From a virus (taxonomy: Duplodnaviria > Heunggongvirae > Uroviricota > Caudoviricetes), in the IMG/VR virus record IMGVR_UViG_3300045963_000248, positions 1 through 20,509 of that record: a stretch of 20,509 nucleotides of DNA, one strand, 5' to 3'. Below the pieces are notes generated by a model. It worked only from the letters and a program-made list of their open reading frames with translations. It was not told where the DNA came from and did no database searches. The position numbers and the translations under genes are program-made. This document shows, one piece after another, positions 13,287 through 20,509 of this stretch. Numbering within the stretch: position 1 is the stretch's first letter; each line of letters starts with the position of its first letter.

Positions 13287-15075
13287 TTTCTACTACCTTC
13301 GTTAAGTCAATATTTTTTACTAATTTTGACATTTCTTCATATTTTTCTTTTGTGCAGTCTTCAAATGGAGCTTGTTCATAATTTCCACCATCAAAAGGCA
13401 ATAAGGAAATTCCGTTGTATAATTCTTTATGGCTCCACATTAACTCTTTTACAATATCCCATTCGTTTTCTTTTACTGAAATAGTTACTGATACATTATG
13501 CTGATCGTCTCCACTTCTGTAACCTTCTCTGACCCAATTAGTATTATACTCTATAGCTCTTTTAAATAAACTTTCAGCAGTTTCAGTATGTCTTAATATA
13601 GATCCAGAAGGAGATTCCTGGGGAATGCTTACTACTACTCCAGAAGAGCTAAATTTATCGTCTTCTACTAATTCGGGAATTGTGTTTTTTAAATATACAG
13701 CTAATGCATCATCTTTATTCATTCTAATTCTTCTAATATAAAAATCGGAATGTCTTGCATGAATTCCAGAAGCTGATCCTAAAACGCAAGAGGCAGTTCC
13801 TTCTGGTTTTATTGCTGTAATTCTAGCTGCTGAATTTATACCAATTTTTCTAGCAAACTTTTCGTTAATTTCTTTTGTAAGCAAAGCGCCTTCTCGTAGC
13901 CATTCTGGAGTTACTATTCCAGAACTGTCAGCAATTCCCGTAAAAGAGACTCCAAGTAAAGCCTCCTCTTCTGTAATTTTTTGCCATACCGGTCTAAGAT
14001 AGTCAAAGTCAGTATAGGAAGCTTGTAAAGTTCCTATAATAGTTGCGGCTTGTATTCTACCTAAGAAATCTTTTTTATCAACAATATTTGACTGATTTAC
14101 TGTAGTGAGATTACAAAACTGAGTAGGGCGTAATCCAATTTCACAGCATGGATTTGTTCCCCAATCTTCGTTATTTGTCCACTTTATCCCCGGCTCCCCA
14201 GAGCCTGACTTTTTACACATTTCATAAATTAGTTCAAATTCTTCACGTGTAGTTTTATCTCGGGGTAAAATTGCTGAATTATTTGCACGAGCGCGATAAG
14301 GGTGTTTTTCCCACCATGTCCCGTGTTTGCAAGTTAACATTTCCATATCAGCTCTGTCGAATAAAGAAATTAAAGCGGCTCTACGAATTCCCCCTGCCAG
14401 TACTGCGTCTGAAATAATGCACATTATGTCATGATTTTCTAAAGAAGTTAATTGTCTACCAAGTGCAATATTTAATTTCTCCTCTACTTTCTTTAACATT
14501 ATTTTTAAAGGCTCAGGTCCAGGAGCTTTCGCTCCAGTAGTAACTAAATAAGATCCTTTTGCGCGAATCAAAGATAAATCAAAATCAGGTCTTACTTTTC
14601 CAAAGAAGTAAGATTCAACTAGCATATTTAAAGCATCTGCCCAGCCTCCGATACTATCGTGAACTAAATATCTGACGCTCTCCGGATTCTTTTTTATTTT
14701 TGGCAATTTAGAAATGTGTCTTTTTTGTACAGAAAAACCAAAACCTACTCCTGAAAGTAGTAAAAATAAAGCTTCTGAAAATACCTTAGTATCATCTATT
14801 GGGGCGTAGGAACAATTAAATTGACGTACATTATTTTTTAATACTGCTTCCCCAGCAAATTGCAAAGCTCTCATAGAAGGCATTACTTTTAAATCGTGAA
14901 CATATCTAAAAGATTTAGTAATATCATTAGATAATTTAGGAAACTGCTGTAAATGCATTATCATATCTCTATTTATAGTTTCAGAAAGAGACTCTCTCCG
15001 TCCTAGATGTGAAATATATTTCGCATAAGTACGAAATGCGGTAATATCCGACAATAATTTATTTGATGGATTCAA
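13213..15075 (-). CDS. nrdJ: class II (adenosylcobalamin-dependent) ribonucleotide reductase, monomeric RTPR-like
   Basis: QFNCSY, GGIRRAA, TNPCCEI, FCNL, KPEGTAS motifs and C-terminal CAGGIC redox pair; no small subunit nearby. Confidence 0.92.
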   Translation of the reverse strand: MNPSNKLLSDITAFRTYAKYISHLGRRESLSETINRDMIMHLQQFPKLSNDITKSFRYVHDLKVMPSMRALQFAGEAVLKNNVRQFNCSYAPIDDTKVFSEALFLLLSGVGFGFSVQKRHISKLPKIKKNPESVRYLVHDSIGGWADALNMLVESYFFGKVRPDFDLSLIRAKGSYLVTTGAKAPGPEPLKIMLKKVEEKLNIALGRQLTSLENHDIMCIISDAVLAGGIRRAALISLFDRADMEMLTCKHGTWWEKHPYRARANNSAILPRDKTTREEFELIYEMCKKSGSGEPGIKWTNNEDWGTNPCCEIGLRPTQFCNLTTVNQSNIVDKKDFLGRIQAATIIGTLQASYTDFDYLRPVWQKITEEEALLGVSFTGIADSSGIVTPEWLREGALLTKEINEKFARKIGINSAARITAIKPEGTASCVLGSASGIHARHSDFYIRRIRMNKDDALAVYLKNTIPELVEDDKFSSSGVVVSIPQESPSGSILRHTETAESLFKRAIEYNTNWVREGYRSGDDQHNVSVTISVKENEWDIVKELMWSHKELYNGISLLPFDGGNYEQAPFEDCTKEKYEEMSKLVKNIDLTKVVENEDKTERIEQLACAGGICELPGAN

Positions 15076-15114
15076 TTAATTTTCCCCCGTGTGTAAATGT
15101 TAGTAGCATTGCTA

Positions 15115-15345
15115 TTATAACATATTTTGTAAAAAAGATCTAGCAATTTTTTCAATTAATTTTTTTGGAAATAATGATTTTTTAGAATGGTATATCCCAC
15201 AGATTTTACTGATTACTTCAAATCTAAGAACTGAGTTTTGTAAATTATCAGCACTCGGAGCTTCTTTATTTATAATTTCAAAAGCTTCTTCGTAACTTTT
15301 CGAAGAAACTGCTAAAAACATCCAATATAATATTTCCTGTTCCAT
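15115..15345 (-). CDS. hypothetical protein
   Basis: 76 aa, in operon. Confidence 0.7.
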   Translation of the reverse strand: MEQEILYWMFLAVSSKSYEEAFEIINKEAPSADNLQNSVLRFEVISKICGIYHSKKSLFPKKLIEKIARSFLQNML

Positions 15346-15357
15346 CAGTCTAAATCC

Positions 15358-16470
15358 TTATTTAATTTTTATCGCTTTCCCGAATTCCGGGACAAATCCA
15401 TCGTTATTATAAATTAGAAAGATTACATTTTTTCCACGTTTACAAATTGATGGCTCAAAAAAATAACCATCTGTAAATGCAATTAATAGGTCGCCTTTTT
15501 CTTTGTCAAACATTTCGAAGCAAGGATTAATATTTGTCCCTCCGCCGCCATAACGTTGTAATCTCACTATACTTTTTTTAATAGTTTCCACTTTTGAGAT
15601 TTCAGTATCAAAATGCATCACTTTTACATTTCCAGAATACTCTTTAAATAATCTATTCACTTCTCCAGAAAATTCAGCCAGTAACTCATCATCGATACTT
15701 CCAGATTCGTCGATTGCAATATAAATATTAGGAAGACGGTCGTCGGTACTTCCATCAGCGCTGAACCCAATACGACGATTAGGCTTGTTACGGGTAGAAA
15801 TTTTAGTATTCGTAAGAGTATCTTTAGCATATTTCCTCAACAATGTTTTCCAACTTAAAGTTCCGTCAGAGTAAATATCAATATCTAACATTTTTAGCAT
15901 TTCTAAAGGGATTTCCCCTGCACGTAAGCCTTTTGCAGCTTCTCGAGCAGCGCCTTCTCGTATAGCTTTTTCTAGCTCTGATGACATTTCTCCAGCTTCT
16001 GCAATCTCGTCCAATCCTGAGTGGTCGTCAAAACTATACTGTTTTTCACCTTCAGTTTCCGGCTTTTCGTCTCCGCCTAAAAGATGATAATAATTCTGTG
16101 TAGTGAGGTATTTTGCAAAGTTTTTATCTTCTGCAAATACTCCCCCTTCGGGTAGATTCCTTTTTCCAATATAAGAATTTATAGCCATATCTGCAGCAAT
16201 ATTAGCTCTATTTTTATTTTTAAAATCTTTCATTTTATGGGAAAATAATAAATGAAGAACTTCATGTTTCCAAATTCCTGTTTGAATATTTTCAGGATGG
16301 GATTCCATAAATTTTCTATTGTATACTAAATTAAATTTTCCATCCTTGGAAATGTAAGCTCCAGCCGTGGGAATATTATTATTTTCTTTAATTGTACACA
16401 TACATAAAATCTTACCAAAGAATGGTTCTTGTTTTATTAATTGTATACGTGCTCTTTCTAATTTATCCAT
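15358..16470 (-). CDS. DUF2201-type metallopeptidase + VWA domain protein
   Basis: HEVLH (HExxH), NIAADMAIN, DDH, MIDAS DESGS, GGGT and FTDGY. Confidence 0.9.
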   Translation of the reverse strand: MDKLERARIQLIKQEPFFGKILCMCTIKENNNIPTAGAYISKDGKFNLVYNRKFMESHPENIQTGIWKHEVLHLLFSHKMKDFKNKNRANIAADMAINSYIGKRNLPEGGVFAEDKNFAKYLTTQNYYHLLGGDEKPETEGEKQYSFDDHSGLDEIAEAGEMSSELEKAIREGAAREAAKGLRAGEIPLEMLKMLDIDIYSDGTLSWKTLLRKYAKDTLTNTKISTRNKPNRRIGFSADGSTDDRLPNIYIAIDESGSIDDELLAEFSGEVNRLFKEYSGNVKVMHFDTEISKVETIKKSIVRLQRYGGGGTNINPCFEMFDKEKGDLLIAFTDGYFFEPSICKRGKNVIFLIYNNDGFVPEFGKAIKIK

Positions 16471-16627
16471 AACTTCTCCAAAAAGGATTTAAAGGCTGTG
16501 GAAATACAGAAACCACATTTACTTCCAACGTATTTGAAACACCTACCTATTATCTAGAATTAATTCGACATCAAAACCATCGTAAGCTTAAGGGAATCGA
16601 ACCCTCCACGTCAAATTAACAGGCTCC

Positions 16628-17776
16628 TTAAAATGGTACATCAGATGCTGTAGTTTCCGCTACTGGCGCTAAACCTTCAATTCTAGCTTTTAAAGCTGAA
16701 TATTTACCTTTATACATTGGAATTGTTACAGAAGTAATTGTTAAAGCATGTGCGCTAAAAGTACTGTAGTTTTCATTTACACCTTTCCAAAATTTATAAA
16801 GTAACTCTGCTGGAATAGTTAGCATTACTAAATTAATACTATCAACTTCAGAATCTGTTAATTGTCTATTAGTAGTTTCAAAAAACTTATACAAATTATC
16901 TACAGAAGCTCCTAAAATATCTAATCTAGTATTTTCAGGATTACAAAAACTTTTTAATCTTTCAAAATCTTCAGAACGTTCAGCCATACTCATTAATTCT
17001 TCCGCATCAAAAGATTTTTCAGGTTCTTGGCGGTTTTTTATAAATTGCACACCTAACTCAGTTCCTAAAATTCCAAGGATAACTTCGTCTTCGATAGAAG
17101 CGTCCAATCCTAGATTTAGTATATCCGAAACTCTAGCTAAAGATCGAGAAGAAGGCTTTAGCTTTGCCCGAAATCCTGAATCTTTAAATTCAACATGTCC
17201 AGATCCGGCAAATTTAATTACGTCAGGATGAATTTTATTATTTTGTGCCCAGTTTACAAAGTCATTTTTATCAGCAGATAGGTATACGTGTACTAATCTG
17301 TCTTTTAGAGATTCTGACATTGGAGTGGTATCGTAGTCGTCAGTTTCTGGATTTCCTGCGCAGATAATAATTACATCTTCCGGCATTACTTTACCTTTTA
17401 CACGCCGATCCAAAACTTGCTCAAAAGTAGCATTCATAGTTTCTCTACGTCCCATATTATGTTCGTCAAAAAACAAACATATTTTAGATTCACCGTTATT
17501 TCTTAAGGCAGATTCCACCATATCTAAAAAATAAGTAGGAGCTAAATTTTCAATAGCGGTTGTACCATTTACAGAAGTAGGATAATACATCCCGGCAACG
17601 TCGATACTCTCAACTTGAGAAATTCGAAAATCAATTACTTTATACCCATGCTTAGTAGCAGCTTGTTTTAAAATACTAGATTTACCAACTCCGTGATCTC
17701 CCCAAATAAATGTGGAATGTTTAGATTTTTTTTCAAAAACGCTATTCAAATAGCTTTCTAATTGCTTTGGTGTCAT
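16628..17776 (-). CDS. AAA+ ATPase (MoxR-like partner of the VWA protein)
   Basis: Walker A GDHGVGKS, Walker B LFFDE, AGN, DRL Arg finger. Confidence 0.9.
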   Translation of the reverse strand: MTPKQLESYLNSVFEKKSKHSTFIWGDHGVGKSSILKQAATKHGYKVIDFRISQVESIDVAGMYYPTSVNGTTAIENLAPTYFLDMVESALRNNGESKICLFFDEHNMGRRETMNATFEQVLDRRVKGKVMPEDVIIICAGNPETDDYDTTPMSESLKDRLVHVYLSADKNDFVNWAQNNKIHPDVIKFAGSGHVEFKDSGFRAKLKPSSRSLARVSDILNLGLDASIEDEVILGILGTELGVQFIKNRQEPEKSFDAEELMSMAERSEDFERLKSFCNPENTRLDILGASVDNLYKFFETTNRQLTDSEVDSINLVMLTIPAELLYKFWKGVNENYSTFSAHALTITSVTIPMYKGKYSALKARIEGLAPVAETTASDVPF

Positions 17777-17798
17777 TTTCTCTCCTCTTTTTAAAATA

Positions 17799-17939
17799 CT
17801 AGATGTCTTTATGATGAAATTGTCTACGATTTCTAATTAATTGTTGATTAATTTCTTGTTGATCTTTTTGCTCTTGTGTAAGTTCTGCTACAGAACAAGC
17901 TGTTAGGATTAATAAAGATAAAATAAGTAATAATTTCAT
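17799..17939 (-). CDS. small lipoprotein, 46 aa (MKLLLILSLLILTACSVAELTQEQKDQQEINQQLIRNRRQFHHKDI)
   Basis: Manual translation; GGAGG RBS; signal peptide with LTAC lipobox. Confidence 0.8.
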   Translation of the reverse strand: MKLLLILSLLILTACSVAELTQEQKDQQEINQQLIRNRRQFHHKDI

Positions 17940-17986
17940 ATTGCCTCCAGTGCGTAAACGCATCTAAAACAAGACTACACTATTAT

Positions 17987-18613
17987 TTATTTTTTGTCAA
18001 GTTCTTTTTGTTTTGTCTGAGAAATCCACGATTCTATGGTGGAAATGTGAACAGGTCTGTAATTATTTGCTGGCAATCCAACATCAAATTGTCTATCTAA
18101 AATTTTAGCGCTCTTCCCGCCATTTGGAGAGTGAATATGTCCGTGTAAATGGAACTGTCCATAATTTTGTATACTAAAATCTTTATGACGAGTTTCTCCG
18201 TGCCACAATTCCCCGAGAACAGATCCATGCATTCCAGTAGTATCCTCTCGGAATAATCCTCTAAGCGGGCAATGCGTCATTGTTACAGTTTCACCTTGTA
18301 TCCAAATGCTTCCAGAATGCAGTACAGCGTCAAATCCAATGTTATAACAAGCATCGATACCTTTGTCATGATTTCCTCTAATAAGTATTTTAATGCCGTT
18401 TAATTGAGTAATAACAGCTTTTGTAATTTCAGATCCGTGTGTAAATACGTCGCCTAAAAAATAAGTAACTCCATCAGCCGGAACTTGCTTATTAAAATTA
18501 GAAATAATTCCCCGATGCATGTCTTCCAAATTTTTAAATGGGCGCTTATCTAATTTTATAGAATTTTCGTGTCCAATGTGTAAATCGGCAGTAAAAAATA
18601 TCTGTTTTCGCAT
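17987..18613 (-). CDS. calcineurin-like metallophosphoesterase
   Basis: ADLHIGH, LGDV, GNHD, THCP and HGHIH motifs. Confidence 0.92.
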   Translation of the reverse strand: MRKQIFFTADLHIGHENSIKLDKRPFKNLEDMHRGIISNFNKQVPADGVTYFLGDVFTHGSEITKAVITQLNGIKILIRGNHDKGIDACYNIGFDAVLHSGSIWIQGETVTMTHCPLRGLFREDTTGMHGSVLGELWHGETRHKDFSIQNYGQFHLHGHIHSPNGGKSAKILDRQFDVGLPANNYRPVHISTIESWISQTKQKELDKK

Positions 18614-19564
18614 CTAGTACTCGTCTTCAACCATTAATCCTACTTTTTTAGGACTAGCAAAATCTTTTTTTAATAATTCTTCTCTAGATTTCAGTATTTT
18701 TACAGCTTCTGCTAAAGATTTTTGCTCTTTTAAGCTAGAAATACAGATTTCTCGAAGATTTGCAAGAGATTGATTTTTCATTAATACAATTTCCTCCGGC
18801 AAAGCGTCTCTTTTTAGGTAAAACTTTAAGAAATTTTCAATATCAGTATGGGATAGTTTATCAATTTTTATAAATTTATCCACGCGACTCGGACGCAACA
18901 CGTTTCGAGGAATAATTTCAGGGTGATTTGTCGTAATAACAAAAAAAGCATCATTTAGAGAATTGTCGCCATCTAAAAAATTTAACATTGCTGAAATTTT
19001 ATTGTCATTATTTACAGCAGTGGCAAATTCTTCAAAAATAATTAATTTATCCAGTTTTACTGAATTTAATGCTTCTACCATTTCTGAACTTGGTGGAGAT
19101 ACCATAAAAATAACTACCATATTCTTATTTTTAAGCACCATGTCGTGAATCTTTGCTGTTTTGGAATAGCCAGGAGGTCCCCAAAGCAAAATACTGCGAG
19201 AACGACGAATACCTATGTCGGAAAAAAATTTAGTAGAATCCTGAAACCATTTTAACTCAGTATCCATGTCGTTAAATGCTTCGGGAAAACTAGGATAGTT
19301 ACGCTCTGCTATAATTTGGGGAATTAGAGATTCTGGCTTAGAATAGCTGCCGTTAAATAAACGGTAAATCCCCGGGGAAAGCGGCTCTAATTCTGCCGGT
19401 TCCTCAGTGTCTACTCTTACAACGTCAAATCGCACTTCGTAATCTAATTTCTTTTCGGAAGCCTCGTTTAGCATAGCTGCTTTTTCTTCAGCATTACCAG
19501 CTCGCCAAATAGTCTTCTTTTTATTTTTAGAAACTATAAAAGAATCTTCCTGTTTCTGGAACAT
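18614..19564 (-). CDS. AAA+ ATPase (classical AAA-like, variant Walker A)
   Basis: GPPGYSKT, IIFEE, LNFLDG, ITTNHPE and LRPSRVD (SRH-like). Confidence 0.85.
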   Translation of the reverse strand: MFQKQEDSFIVSKNKKKTIWRAGNAEEKAAMLNEASEKKLDYEVRFDVVRVDTEEPAELEPLSPGIYRLFNGSYSKPESLIPQIIAERNYPSFPEAFNDMDTELKWFQDSTKFFSDIGIRRSRSILLWGPPGYSKTAKIHDMVLKNKNMVVIFMVSPPSSEMVEALNSVKLDKLIIFEEFATAVNNDNKISAMLNFLDGDNSLNDAFFVITTNHPEIIPRNVLRPSRVDKFIKIDKLSHTDIENFLKFYLKRDALPEEIVLMKNQSLANLREICISSLKEQKSLAEAVKILKSREELLKKDFASPKKVGLMVEDEY

Positions 19565-19566
19565 TT

Positions 19567-19950
19567 TTACTCCTCTTTAGTTTCTTTTTTAGCTTCCATT
19601 AATTCTATAGTTTTATCTGAAAGTTTGGGTAATACTGATATTAATCTACTTTCAATTTCCTGCTTAACTTCCAAATATACATTTAAGGTGTCTGTTATTT
19701 TGGGAACTAAATAATTCTTTTCGTTTTTTTCCAACATTCCACGGCAAATATTTTCCCCCGCGTCTGCAAGATCCCAAATTGCGGAAGCATCTTTTTTCTT
19801 AATGTTTTTGTAAGGTTTTAGGATACAAGCTTCTAATCGGGAATAATCCTCCAATGCTATTGTATCATTCGCCGCTGTCGATACCGTTCTCATCTCTTCT
19901 AGTACTTCTAATAGAAGACTTTTCGACTGCTCTGATAAAGTTATTCTCAT
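19567..19950 (-). CDS. hypothetical helical protein
   Basis: GGTGG RBS before ATG 19950 (MRITL). Confidence 0.7.
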   Translation of the reverse strand: MRITLSEQSKSLLLEVLEEMRTVSTAANDTIALEDYSRLEACILKPYKNIKKKDASAIWDLADAGENICRGMLEKNEKNYLVPKITDTLNVYLEVKQEIESRLISVLPKLSDKTIELMEAKKETKEE

Positions 19951-20233
19951 CTGTTCCACCTTTATTTCTAATTGCTTTAAATTCTGGACTAACTCTAAAG
20001 GAAATTCCCTGACTGTGTAGTTTATTGAAATAATAAATGCTACCTAAATGGGGAATATCTATAATTTTATTTTGCACCAGTGAATCCGCTAATTCCTTAG
20101 CGAAAACTCTTACAACCGTATTAGCCATTTCGTGAGAAAGCCCACAAGTATCTTTTAAACGCTGTATAGCGTCTTTGAAAGCACGTTCCCCGGCTAACTT
20201 AGGGTAATCTTCAAGTCTATCGTAAACTTTCAT
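19865..20233 (-). CDS. HU/IHF-like DNA-binding protein
   Basis: LSHEMANTVVRVF..L...L.....IDIPHLGSI...SFRVS..FK resembles the HU fold pattern with a shortened arm. Confidence 0.55.
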   Translation of the reverse strand: MKVYDRLEDYPKLAGERAFKDAIQRLKDTCGLSHEMANTVVRVFAKELADSLVQNKIIDIPHLGSIYYFNKLHSQGISFRVSPEFKAIRNKGGTDENNFIRAVEKSSIRSTRRDENGIDSGE

Positions 20234-20509
20234 TTAATAAGTCCAAGTTCTTTTTTTACCATCTGGTTTTTTCGCCCGAACGTCAACGTGAACAAATCGT
20301 AAACGTCTGCCGTCACCAATATTGTCAAATTGAGCAAAGCATTCGTTATAAAGTTTATCTAAATCATCTACGTTTACTGGAATAGGTTGAATGTCAGCAG
20401 CTAATCCTGACATGTGAGCTGAATTAGGCTCCCCGCCTACAGCTTTATTGTGCTCCGGGCAGCGATAGCCTGAATTAATTTTCAGAGGACCTAGTTTTAC
20501 TCGAATACC
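20234..20509 (-). CDS. Peptidase M15 family (peptidoglycan peptidase), 5' truncated by window
   Basis: Manual translation: INSGYRCPEHNKAVGGEPNSAHMSGLAADI ... FVHVDVR. Confidence 0.92.
   Translation of the reverse strand, partial: GIRVKLGPLKINSGYRCPEHNKAVGGEPNSAHMSGLAADIQPIPVNVDDLDKLYNECFAQFDNIGDGRRLRFVHVDVRAKKPDGKKRTWTY

Noticed and set aside
13213-15114. Intein/intron in nrdJ or an upstream cobalamin riboswitch
   Set aside because: 620-aa uninterrupted frame with contiguous motifs; upstream gap is only about 40 nt
16560-16640. Complete tRNA gene
   Set aside because: Only the T-arm is recognisable; no matching acceptor, D or anticodon arms found
18963-19148. Plus-strand 61-aa ORF
   Set aside because: Antisense inside the AAA ATPase
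16628-19564. AAA proteins as sigma54 activators
   Set aside because: Neither contains the GAFTGA loop
1-20509. Alternative genetic code (stop codon recoding)
   Set aside because: Known enzymes are full length under code 11, and TAA, TAG and TGA all end genes at tight junctions

Overview
AT-rich, gene-dense fragment of a tailed dsDNA phage genome; host not determinable from this window. Almost all genes are on the minus strand. Right part (about 12.3-20.5 kb): nucleotide-metabolism and maintenance genes, namely a Peptidase M15 (truncated by the window edge), HU/IHF-like protein, AAA+ ATPase, metallophosphoesterase, AAA ATPase + DUF2201/VWA metallopeptidase pair, class II ribonucleotide reductase nrdJ, a free-standing HNH-type endonuclease and dUTPase. 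Middle (6.57-12.3 kb): small hypothetical genes. About 10-11 of them encode otherwise dissimilar 57-108 aa proteins sharing an N-terminal motif M-K/R-L-x-Y/F-F-x-x-D/N-G-E-I/F, conserved at protein rather than DNA level. They are arranged around an overlapping divergent sigma70 promoter at 8045-8079. A 1.1 kb non-coding region (5485-6569) holds five sigma54 (-24/-12) promoter motifs, perfect inverted repeats, CTTAAG repeats and a G7 tract, and is a candidate genome terminus/entry region. Left part (1-5.5 kb): early-type genes (DUF932-like, gp88-like, Rrf2-like wHTH and others) with sigma70 promoters. All family calls come from motif recognition by eye, not database searches.
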